A stretch of DNA of 39,863 bases from a virus (lineage: Duplodnaviria; Heunggongvirae; Uroviricota; Caudoviricetes): the IMG/VR virus record IMGVR_UViG_2563366928_000005, positions 1 through 39,863 of that record; one strand, given 5' to 3'. A model generated the notes under the pieces. The model did no database searches. It was not told where the DNA came from and saw only the letters and a list, made by a program, of their open reading frames with translations. Positions 16,767 to 25,029 of this stretch are shown here, in pieces; positions within the stretch are counted from its first letter, which is position 1, and the number at the start of each line of letters is the position of its first letter. Made by a program: the position numbers and the translations under genes.

Positions 16767-18620
16767 ATGGCATTTAAACACTATGACGTGGTCAGGGCGG
16801 CATCGCCGTCAGACCTTGCGAAACGACTGACACAAAAACTGAAGGAGGGCTGGCAGCCGTTTGGTAGTCCGGTGGCCATAACCCCTTATACCCTGATGCA
16901 GGCGATTGCAGCAGAAGGTGATGTGGTCGTCAGTGGTGCAACTGAGCCGGAGTGGTACTACGTCATCGTACTGGCCGGGCAGTCCAATGCCATGGCTTAC
17001 GGTGAAGGGCTTCCGCTTCCGGATTCATACGATGCGCCCCATCCGCGCATTAAGCAACTGGCCCGTCGTAACACAGTGACTCCCGGTGGTGAAGTATGCG
17101 TATTTAACGACATCATTCCTGCTGACCATTGTCTGCATGATGTTCAGGATATGAGTACGATTAACCATCCCCGGGCTGACCTGAGCAAAGGGCAGTACGG
17201 CTGTGTCGGACAGGGCTTACATATTGCCAAAAAACTGCTTCCGTATATCCCTAATAATGCGGGGATCCTGCTGGTACCATGCTGTCGTGGTGGTTCGGCA
17301 TTCACCCAGGGCACGGAGGGGACATTCAGCGAGTCCACGGGAGCCAGTCAGGATTCGGCTCGCTGGGGAGTGGGTAAGCCGTTATATCAGGATCTGCTTT
17401 TCCGCACGAAGGCAGCATTGCAGAAAAACCCGAAAAACGTTTTGCTGGCGATATGCTGGATGCAGGGGGAATTCGATATGACGAATGCCAGTTACGCCCA
17501 GCAGCCAGCAGCATTTCTTGCAATGGTACAGCAGTTCCGTGCTGACCTTGCCGGGCTGGCGGCGCAGTGTCACGGTGGAAGTCCGGCATCAGTCCCCTGG
17601 ATTTGTGGCGACACGACATACGCGTGGAAACAAGAACACGGTACGCAATATGAAGTGGTATATGGTGCATATAAAGGTAAAGAATCCCAGCAGATTTATT
17701 TTGTTCCCTTTATGACCGATGGTAGCGGAGTTAATACACCGACAAACAACCCGTCAGAAGATCCTGATATTGCCGGGTCTGGTTATTACGGTTCGGCATC
17801 CCGAACGAACAAAAACTGGGTATCATCAAATCGCCCGACGCATTTCAGCTCATGGGCGCGTCGTGGCATTATTCCCGATCGTATGGCAACTGCTATTCTG
17901 AACGTAGCCGGTCGCACCTTAGCCTTCATTAGTGGTAAGGCACCGGAAATCAAACCCTCGCCCGGCGGCGACACGCCATCGGGGCCGTCTGAAGATGCAT
18001 CCATACGCACAATCTCCCTGTTGCCGACAGCCGGAGACGCTGCTGCGCAGGGCTGGAGCATTAAGAATGGCGGAATTCAGTTGTCAGATGGTGTATTTAA
18101 GATCACCAAGCAGAGCAATAAAGCCTGGTCCCTGACGCGCCCGGTGGATGACGCAGTCTCCCTGCTGACACGGGGTGGCAGACTGAGCTGTAAGTTTCGA
18201 CTGTCAGGCGCACTGACCAACAACCAGTTCGGTCTGGGAATTTATCTGTATACCGATGTAGCGTTACCTGACGTCGTGGCGATGACCGGGACTGGTAACC
18301 CGTTCCTGATGTCGTTCTTCACCCAGACCACAGACGGCAAACTGAATCTGATGCATCACAAGAAAGCAGGAAACACAAAGTTGGGCGAGTTCGGGAATTA
18401 CAGTAACGACTGGCAGACGCTGGAGCTGGTGTTCACCGCCGGCAGTGCCACGGTTACTCCGAAACTGAATGGAGTGGCTGGCCCGGCATTCCAGGTCATA
18501 AAAGACAGTCTGACACTGGGGCTGAATGCGCTGACGCTGACGGATATTACCAAAAATGCAGCGTATGGCGTTGAGATAGAAAGTCTGGTGCTGGAGATAA
18601 ATGCACCGGCATCATCATAA
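16767..18620 (+). CDS. NanS-p-like sialate O-acetylesterase (N-terminal DUF1737-like region plus SASA/DUF303 domain)
   Basis: 617 aa; GQSN block (IVLAGQSNAMAYGEG) typical of SASA esterases; GGGAGGA RBS; sits where Stx phages carry nanS-p. Confidence 0.75.
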   Translation: MAFKHYDVVRAASPSDLAKRLTQKLKEGWQPFGSPVAITPYTLMQAIAAEGDVVVSGATEPEWYYVIVLAGQSNAMAYGEGLPLPDSYDAPHPRIKQLARRNTVTPGGEVCVFNDIIPADHCLHDVQDMSTINHPRADLSKGQYGCVGQGLHIAKKLLPYIPNNAGILLVPCCRGGSAFTQGTEGTFSESTGASQDSARWGVGKPLYQDLLFRTKAALQKNPKNVLLAICWMQGEFDMTNASYAQQPAAFLAMVQQFRADLAGLAAQCHGGSPASVPWICGDTTYAWKQEHGTQYEVVYGAYKGKESQQIYFVPFMTDGSGVNTPTNNPSEDPDIAGSGYYGSASRTNKNWVSSNRPTHFSSWARRGIIPDRMATAILNVAGRTLAFISGKAPEIKPSPGGDTPSGPSEDASIRTISLLPTAGDAAAQGWSIKNGGIQLSDGVFKITKQSNKAWSLTRPVDDAVSLLTRGGRLSCKFRLSGALTNNQFGLGIYLYTDVALPDVVAMTGTGNPFLMSFFTQTTDGKLNLMHHKKAGNTKLGEFGNYSNDWQTLELVFTAGSATVTPKLNGVAGPAFQVIKDSLTLGLNALTLTDITKNAAYGVEIESLVLEINAPASS

Positions 18621-18705
18621 AAAGTGAGCCAGCCAAATGGAAGGTATCGTTAAACTCACCGGTAGTGTCAGTGGGTCGTCTGAGATGCCTGCATGAGTTA
18701 TCAGA

Positions 18706-18736
18706 GCCATCAGTACTTAACTGGTGGCTTTTTTTA
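18706..18736 (+). terminator. Putative rho-independent terminator between esterase and holin
   Basis: GCCATCAG-TACTTAA-CTGGTGGC (one mismatch) followed by TTTTTTT. Confidence 0.45.
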
Positions 18737-18770
18737 TTGTTGTCAGCTTCCGGATAACGGGAGACGGGGT

Positions 18771-18986
18771 ATGTACCAGATGGAAAAAATCACAACAGGT
18801 GTGTCATACACCACGTCAGCGGTGGGAACGGGCTACTGGTTCCTGCAGTTGCTGGACAGGGTTTCCCCGTCTCAGTGGGCGGCAATAGGCGTGCTGGGGA
18901 GTCTGCTGTTTGGGCTGCTGACATATCTGACTAACCTGTATTTCAAAATCAGAGAGGACCGTCGTAAGGCGGCGCGGGGAGAGTAA
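18771..18986 (+). CDS. S: Pinholin, phage 21 S-type, with dual-start motif
   Basis: MYQMEKI dual start then [51 protein letters not shown], matching S21 as I recall it; GGGAGACGGGG RBS. Confidence 0.85.
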   Translation: MYQMEKITTGVSYTTSAVGTGYWFLQLLDRVSPSQWAAIGVLGSLLFGLLTYLTNLYFKIREDRRKAARGE

Positions 18987-18990
18987 AGCG

Positions 18991-19881
18991 ATGAAGAAAA
19001 AATACGAACTGGTTGTTAAAGGGATAAATAATTACCCGGATAAGATTACTGTTACTGTGGCACTGGAAGTTGGTGGGTATCCGTCACTGTTGTTGCCAGA
19101 TGTGGCGATTAGTCTTGACCGTACTGAAGGTGCCACGCTGGAGTTTTACGAAGCTGAGGCGAAAAAGCAGGCGAAGCAGTTTTTCATGGATGTTGCTGCC
19201 GGGTTATGTGAAGGGGATGAGCAGTCGCCGGAAAAGCGCCCCGTAATTTTAGAGGCGCAGGATGTGTTGATAACCTACAAAGGAAAGCTACCGGGAAGAA
19301 TTACTTGTTCTCTGAAGATGCCGCCGTCAACACTGCGGTCAGAAAAAGATGATGTTGAATCACGTATTGAAAAACTGGAGAGCTACGTCGTTGAGCTGAA
19401 TAAGAAATGGTCGATATTGGTGCCTTCTGACGATGAAAAGCAGTTTGCTGCGTTTGACGATTATTGTCGGAAAGTGATGAGCAGAAATCTCGCAGAGTGT
19501 TTCAGTATTCATAATGATAATTTCAGTGAGCTGGAATGGGAGTGTAACCGGCCATCCTTTGTTGTATCCGGTGATGCTGGGAAAATAACCATCTCAGAAA
19601 ATGGGAAAGTAACACCTCCATCGCACCAGCACAGTGAGGAGCTCATTGAATTTGCCATTGATTACCTGAAGAACAATAAAAAGCAGGGGCTGATGAAGCG
19701 CGTTGGCCGTTGCATGGGATATCTTCAGGTAGCCGCTGAGATTGAAGCGCTGGCCAGTGGTGCTGATAAGGATGCAATTGTGCGGGAGGCTCTTCTTCGT
19801 GATTTTAATACTCCACCCTTTAAAAAAGTGCCGGCTTACTGGCTTCATCCGGGGCTGACTTATCTTAAAGTGCGTATTTAG
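18991..19881 (+). CDS. Hypothetical protein inserted between holin and endolysin
   Basis: 296 aa, no transmembrane segment or recognised motif; GGGGAGAG RBS; 4-nt gap from the holin stop. Confidence 0.6.
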   Translation: MKKKYELVVKGINNYPDKITVTVALEVGGYPSLLLPDVAISLDRTEGATLEFYEAEAKKQAKQFFMDVAAGLCEGDEQSPEKRPVILEAQDVLITYKGKLPGRITCSLKMPPSTLRSEKDDVESRIEKLESYVVELNKKWSILVPSDDEKQFAAFDDYCRKVMSRNLAECFSIHNDNFSELEWECNRPSFVVSGDAGKITISENGKVTPPSHQHSEELIEFAIDYLKNNKKQGLMKRVGRCMGYLQVAAEIEALASGADKDAIVREALLRDFNTPPFKKVPAYWLHPGLTYLKVRI

Positions 19882-19917
19882 TGGGCCAGGGACAGCGGCT
19901 GAATATTTAATATATCC

Positions 19918-20451
19918 ATGAACACCAAAATCAAATACGGCCTGTCGGCTGCCGTTCTGGCGCTGATTGCCGCTGGTGCGCCTGCGCCTGACATTCTCGA
20001 CCAGTTTCTGGATGAAAAGGAAGGTAACCACACCACGGCATACCGTGATGGTGCGGGTATCTGGACCATCTGCCGCGGTGCCATCCTGGTGGATGGCAAA
20101 CCTGTCGTTCCGGGCATGAAGTTGTCGAAGGAAAAATGCGACCGGGTTAACGCCATTGAGCGTGATAAGGCGCTGGCATGGGTGGAGAAAAACATCAGAG
20201 TGCCATTGAGTGAACCCCAGAAAGCGGGGATCGCGTCATTCTGTCCGTACAACATTGGTCCCGGTAAGTGTTTCCCGTCGACGTTTTATAAACGAATTAA
20301 TGCAGGTGATCGCAGGGGAGCGTGTGAGGCGATTCGCTGGTGGATTAAGGACGGTGGCAGAGACTGCCGTATTCGTTCAAACAACTGCTACGGTCAGGTA
20401 TCCCGTCGTGACCAGGAGAGCGCGCTGGCGTGCTGGGGTATCGACAGATAA
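19918..20451 (+). CDS. R: SAR endolysin (GH24 lysozyme with N-terminal signal-anchor-release domain)
   Basis: N-terminal Gly/Ala-rich weak TM segment YGLSAAVLALIAAGAPAP followed by E...D...T catalytic pattern (EGNHTTAYRDGAGIWTICRG). Confidence 0.9.
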   Translation: MNTKIKYGLSAAVLALIAAGAPAPDILDQFLDEKEGNHTTAYRDGAGIWTICRGAILVDGKPVVPGMKLSKEKCDRVNAIERDKALAWVEKNIRVPLSEPQKAGIASFCPYNIGPGKCFPSTFYKRINAGDRRGACEAIRWWIKDGGRDCRIRSNNCYGQVSRRDQESALACWGIDR

Positions 20452-20545
20452 GCAGAATATTTTGCTGAAAAATAAGGTATGGCCACGCGGGCGGATAACA
20501 CGAAATCCTGCGAACTGGCGAAACGTAAGTGAATAAAAGTAAAAA

Positions 20546-20580
20546 CCCCGTTTGTTGGCACCAAGCGGGGTTTTGTGTTT
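20546..20580 (+). terminator. Putative terminator between endolysin and spanin genes
   Basis: CCCCGTTTG-TTGGCAC-CAAGCGGGG hairpin followed by TTTTGTGTTT. Confidence 0.5.
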
Positions 20581-20610
20581 CCTGACTCCGGAAAAGTCAA
20601 AGGAGAAAGT

Positions 20611-20748
20611 GTGTTTGATTTTAGCAAACTGATTCGGGAGATTCGAGTGATGGCTGAAAAATTATCCACCTGGAAGTTCATTCTTATCTGGCTGGTGTTT
20701 GTGATTATGGCCTCCGGTTATTTCATCGGTCAGATACGCTGGTGGTGA
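20611..20748 (+). CDS. Small single-pass membrane peptide coupled to Rz
   Basis: GTG start 5 nt after AAAGGAGAAAG; 45 aa with hydrophobic core [18 protein letters not shown]; stop 1 nt before the Rz ATG; not in the ORF track. Confidence 0.35.
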   Translation: MFDFSKLIREIRVMAEKLSTWKFILIWLVFVIMASGYFIGQIRWW

Positions 20749-20749
20749 A

Positions 20750-21217
20750 ATGAACCGCGTACTGTGCGTGGTCATCATTGCCCTGCTGGTGGCCTGTGGT
20801 GCGCTTAGTCTGGGGCTGAATCATTACCGTGATAACGCCATTACCTACAAAGCCCAGCGCGACAAAAATGTCAGAGAACTGAAGCTGGCGAACGCGGCAA
20901 TTACTGACATGCAGATGCGTCAGCGTGATGTTGCTGCGCTCGATGCAAAATACACGAAGGAGTTAGCTGATGCGAAAGCTGAAAATGAAACTCTTCGCGC
21001 TGACGTTGCCGCTGGTCGTAAGCGCCTGCGTATCAACGCCACCTGTCCAGGTCCCGTGCGTGAAGCCACCGGCACCGCCCGCGTGGATAATGCAACCGGC
21101 CCCCAACTGGCAGACACCGTTACACGGGATTATTTCACCCTCAGAGAGCGGCTGATGACGATGCAGAAGCAACTGGAAGGGGCGCAGGAATATATCCGTA
21201 CTCAGTGCCTGAAATAA
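20750..21217 (+). CDS. Rz: i-spanin Rz
   Basis: 155 aa; DNA and protein closely match lambda Rz as I recall it ([17 protein letters not shown]...). Confidence 0.9.
   Translation: MNRVLCVVIIALLVACGALSLGLNHYRDNAITYKAQRDKNVRELKLANAAITDMQMRQRDVAALDAKYTKELADAKAENETLRADVAAGRKRLRINATCPGPVREATGTARVDNATGPQLADTVTRDYFTLRERLMTMQKQLEGAQEYIRTQCLK
20970..21155 (+). CDS. Rz1: o-spanin Rz1 (embedded in Rz, +1 frame)
   Basis: 61 aa, lipoprotein signal with lipobox LVVSAC and Pro-rich mature region, fully nested in Rz. Confidence 0.8.
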   Translation: MRKLKMKLFALTLPLVVSACVSTPPVQVPCVKPPAPPAWIMQPAPNWQTPLHGIISPSESG

Positions 21218-21567
21218 GTTTTGTTGATGCGCCGTATCGTCGCTGTATTCCCTCATTAACAGAGACCGCAGCCCGACAGGGAGACTCCTCTGCGCGAGTG
21301 TGCGGGGATAATCAAAAACGATACACACCGGGGTTTACCGCGTTAACGGAGCGCGGCGTTGTCCCCTCATAGTCGCCTGTCCGGTGCGATGGTGGAAGAA
21401 ACCGGATGTTTATCACTATTAATTGATGACACAGAAATGGATTCATTGAATTTCAGCACGTTTTTGTATTCGTGTTATTGAACATCTGTTTATTTTACTT
21501 TTAACATATTGATAATAAAAAGAGCTGTAAATCTTTAGATGAGTCGATTTTGTCCGGGGAAGTTCAA

Positions 21568-21708
21568 ATGGATTTTATGCTGACGGTTTCTGGTGTGGTT
21601 ATCCTGTCCATTGCTTATACTGCAGATAAATATGGCTGCCATTTGTTATCACGTATTGGCGCTTATTGTTCGTTGATGCTGATTTTCTCGTCGCTTTTTT
21701 TTGAGTAA
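21568..21708 (+). CDS. Possible small hydrophobic peptide
   Basis: 46-aa ORF found by hand (MDFMLTVSGVVILSIAYTADKYGCHLLSRIGAYCSLMLIFSSLFFE) in an AT-rich region; weak RBS. Confidence 0.2.
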   Translation: MDFMLTVSGVVILSIAYTADKYGCHLLSRIGAYCSLMLIFSSLFFE

Positions 21709-21840
21709 GTTATATTAATTATAACAAATAATTTTCTGTGTTATTTTTTCAGGCTATCCCGTCAGAGGGGAAGCCTGTACTGCCGGGGAGCGAATGGAAA
21801 ACTGATGTGTCCGGTAACTGCGTGTTCTGTGAACACCATG

Positions 21841-22026
21841 TTACTTAATTATGTAATTCATACCCGAACTCTCTGTTGACAGCCTTCTTCTGCAGGCTTC
21901 AATAACCCACGCTGAAAAATTTCCTGAACCTTTCAGATCAAGAGCGATGTTAATTTGTTCAATCATCTGGTTTGGAAATCGGATGTTGCGGGTTGTTGTT
22001 CTGCGGGTTCTGTTCTTTGATGACAT
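21841..22026 (-). CDS. Possible ribbon-helix-helix DNA-binding protein
   Basis: 61 aa; basic N-terminus then strand-helix-helix pattern (IRFP, MIEQINIALD, FSAWVIEACRRRL). Confidence 0.4.
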   Translation of the reverse strand: MSSKNRTRRTTTRNIRFPNQMIEQINIALDLKGSGNFSAWVIEACRRRLSTESSGMNYIIK

Positions 22027-22233
22027 AATGTTTCCCCATATTCAGTGTTGCTGATTTGTATTATCTGAAGTTGCTTTTACGTTAATTTGATGCAGATCAA
22101 TTAATACGATACCTGCGTCATAATTGATTATTTCTCGTGGTTTGATGGCGTACACACATGTTGTGATAAACCTTATATAGATGATAATCATTATCATTTT
22201 CGTGGGTCCTTTCCGGCGATCCGACCGGTTACG

Positions 22234-22245
22234 GGGCGGCGACCT
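22234..22245. other. cos site (cosN cohesive-end sequence), lambda type
   Basis: GGGCGGCGACCT followed by CGCGGATTTTCACTATTTATGAAAATTTTCCGG, nearly identical to the lambda left end as I recall it; about 190 bp upstream of the Nu1-like gene. Confidence 0.85.
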
Positions 22246-22429
22246 CGCGGATTTTCACTATTTATGAAAATTTTCCGGGAACCATGTCCGGTTTCTCTTC
22301 AAGTTAACTATATGAAAAATAAAAAAAGAGGTCTTCTGTGAACCGGACATGCACAAAAAATAGACACTAAAACCGGACATGACCGGTTTTGTTGTGATTG
22401 TGAGGTGAGAGTTTTTTGCGAGGTGAGGA

Positions 22430-22939
22430 GTGGCTACGCAGACTGAAGTTGCCAGGCATTTAAGTCTGACCGATCGCCAGCTTCGCAGATTGCAGAAATT
22501 GCCGGGTGCCCCGATATCGAATAAGCGAGGGCAACTGGATCTGGATGCCTGGCGCGATTTTTACATATCGTATCTGAGAAGAAGTAAAAACGATGTGCCT
22601 GATGGCGATAGCGAAGACGACTATGAGGAGAAATTGCTTATTGCCAGATGGGAACTGACAGCAGAACAGGCTGTTACACAGCAGTTAAAAAATGAGGTGT
22701 CAAAAGGAAAACTTATTGACACCGGGTTCTGTATTTTTGCCCTCAGCAAGCTGGCAATGGCGTTATCCAGTACGCTTGATTCCATCCCTTTATCCATGCA
22801 GCGACAGTTTCCTGATTTAACACCGCGCCATCTTGACCATCTGAAAACCCTTATTGCAAAGGGCGCAAATCAGTGTGCGCGGGCGGGGGATAAATTACCG
22901 GATTTACTCGATGAATATATCAGAGCAACAACTGAATAA
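22430..22939 (+). CDS. nu1: Terminase small subunit, Nu1-like
   Basis: GTG start after AGGTGAGGAG; C-terminal half parallels lambda Nu1; overlaps the large subunit start as in lambda. Confidence 0.8.
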   Translation: MATQTEVARHLSLTDRQLRRLQKLPGAPISNKRGQLDLDAWRDFYISYLRRSKNDVPDGDSEDDYEEKLLIARWELTAEQAVTQQLKNEVSKGKLIDTGFCIFALSKLAMALSSTLDSIPLSMQRQFPDLTPRHLDHLKTLIAKGANQCARAGDKLPDLLDEYIRATTE

Positions 22940-24839
22940 TATGATGAGTGCTGTCACAACAGCATTACAGCCCCTGATAAGGGCATTGCCGGTGACGCCA
23001 GTTGAATGGGCTGATCAAAATTATTATCTGCCTAAAGAATCTTCATATGGTGAGGGAGAATGGAAAACGCTGCCGTTCCAGATCGCCATCATGAACAGCA
23101 TGGGGAATGATCAGATCCGGACTGTTAATCTGATTAAATCTGCCCGTGTTGGCTATACAAAGATGTTGCTGGGAGTCGCCGGGTATTTTATTGAGCATAA
23201 ATCCCGAAACAGTCTGCTTTTTCAGCCCACGGATTCTGCCGCTGAAGATTTTATGAAGTCTCACGTGGAGGCGACGATTCGCGATGTTCCCTGCCTGAAA
23301 AAACTTTCTCCCTGGCTGGGACGTAAACATCGTGATAATACCATCACGCTGAAACGCTTTTCATCGGGTGTGGGCTTCTGGTGCCTGGGCGGCGCTGCCG
23401 CCAAAAACTACCGTGAAAAATCCGTGGACGTGGTCTGCTATGACGAACTTTCCTCGTTCGAGCCGGATGTCGAAAAAGAGGGCTCGCCAACCCTGCTGGG
23501 GGATAAGCGTATTGAGGGCTCGGTATGGCCAAAATCCATTCGCGGCTCGACGCCTAAAATAAAAGGCTCCTGCCAGATCGAAAAAGCGGCCAACGAGTCG
23601 GCGCATTTCATGCGTTTTTATGTGCCCTGCCCGCACTGTGGGGAGGCGCAGTATCTGAAATTTGGCGATGAGTCCACGCCTTTTGGCCTTAAATGGGAGA
23701 AGGACAGCCCCGAAAGCGTTTTCTACCTCTGTGAACATCATGGCTGCGTGATCCATCAGTCTGAGCTTGACCAGAGCAACGGGCGGTGGATCTGTGAAAA
23801 CACGGGGATGTGGACCCGCGACGGTCTGACGTTTTTCAGCGCCGCGGATAATGAAATTCCGCCGCCGCGCTCCATCACATTCCATATCTGGACGGCGTAC
23901 AGTCCGTTCACCACCTGGGTACAGATTGTCTATGACTGGCTGGATGCACTGAAAGATCCCAACGGCCTGAAAACCTTTGTGAACACCACGCTGGGCGAGA
24001 CCTGGGAAGAGGCCGTGGGCGAAAAACTCGATCACCAGGTACTGATGGATAAGGTCGTGCATTACACGGCGGCGGTGCCTGCCCGGGTGGTTTATCTGAC
24101 GGCGGGCATTGACTCGCAGCGAAACCGTTTTGAGATGTATGTCTGGGGATGGGCACCGGGAGAGGAAGCTTTTCTGGTGGATAAAATCATCATTATGGGG
24201 CGTCCTGATGAGGAAGAGACGCTGTTACGTGTGGATGCGGCGATCAACAAAAAATACCGCCATGCGGATGGCACCGAAATGACCATTTCCCGTGTCTGCT
24301 GGGACACCGGGGGGATCGATGGCGAAATTGTCTATCAGAGGTCAAAAAAACACGGTGTTTTCCGGGTGCTGCCGGTAAAAGGTGCATCTGTTTATGGCAA
24401 GCCGGTGATCACCATGCCAAAAACCCGCAATCAGCGGGGCGTGTATCTGTGCGAAGTGGGGACGGACACCGCAAAAGAAATTCTCTATGCCCGTATGAAA
24501 GCCGATCCCACGCCTGCGGATGAAGCCACGTCGTATGCCATCCGTTTTCCTGATGATCCGGAGATTTTTTCGCAGACAGAGGCGCAGCAACTGGTGGCGG
24601 AAGAGCTTGTGGAGAAGTGGGAAAAAGGAAAGATGCGTCTGCTGTGGGATAACAAAAAGCGGCGTAACGAAGCGCTGGACTGCCTGGTGTATGCCTACGC
24701 GGCATTACGTGTGTCCGTGCAACGCTGGCAGCTTGATCTGGCTGTACTGGCAAAATCCCGGGAAGAAGAGACGACCCGGCCAACCCTTAAAGAACTGGCA
24801 GCGAAGCTGTCCGGAGGAGTGAATGGTTACAGTCGCTGA
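22911..24839 (+). CDS. A: Terminase large subunit, gpA-like
   Basis: From MNISEQQLNN; long stretches match lambda gpA as I recall it (VEWADQNYYLPKES, KSIRGSTPK, FHIWTAYSPFTTWVQIV). Confidence 0.95.
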   Translation: MNISEQQLNNMMSAVTTALQPLIRALPVTPVEWADQNYYLPKESSYGEGEWKTLPFQIAIMNSMGNDQIRTVNLIKSARVGYTKMLLGVAGYFIEHKSRNSLLFQPTDSAAEDFMKSHVEATIRDVPCLKKLSPWLGRKHRDNTITLKRFSSGVGFWCLGGAAAKNYREKSVDVVCYDELSSFEPDVEKEGSPTLLGDKRIEGSVWPKSIRGSTPKIKGSCQIEKAANESAHFMRFYVPCPHCGEAQYLKFGDESTPFGLKWEKDSPESVFYLCEHHGCVIHQSELDQSNGRWICENTGMWTRDGLTFFSAADNEIPPPRSITFHIWTAYSPFTTWVQIVYDWLDALKDPNGLKTFVNTTLGETWEEAVGEKLDHQVLMDKVVHYTAAVPARVVYLTAGIDSQRNRFEMYVWGWAPGEEAFLVDKIIIMGRPDEEETLLRVDAAINKKYRHADGTEMTISRVCWDTGGIDGEIVYQRSKKHGVFRVLPVKGASVYGKPVITMPKTRNQRGVYLCEVGTDTAKEILYARMKADPTPADEATSYAIRFPDDPEIFSQTEAQQLVAEELVEKWEKGKMRLLWDNKKRRNEALDCLVYAYAALRVSVQRWQLDLAVLAKSREEETTRPTLKELAAKLSGGVNGYSR

Positions 24840-25029
24840 ACTGCAGGCGCTGCGTCAGGCGCGCCTTGATTTATTAACCGGTAAACGGGTGGTGTCTGTC
24901 CAGAAAGATGGTCGCAGAATTGAATATACGGCAGCTTCTCTGGATGAGCTTAACCGGGCGATCAATGATGCGGAGTCGGTACTGGGGACAACCCGCCGTC
25001 GCCGTCGTCCGCTGGGAGTGAGGTTATGA
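24823..25029 (+). CDS. W: Head-tail joining protein, gpW-like
   Basis: 68 aa; LTGKRVVSVQKDGRRIEYTAASL resembles lambda gpW. Confidence 0.85.
   Translation: MVTVAELQALRQARLDLLTGKRVVSVQKDGRRIEYTAASLDELNRAINDAESVLGTTRRRRRPLGVRL

Noticed and set aside
23361-24062. 233-aa minus-strand ORF
   Set aside because: Antisense to the terminase large subunit gene; no RBS; shadow ORF.
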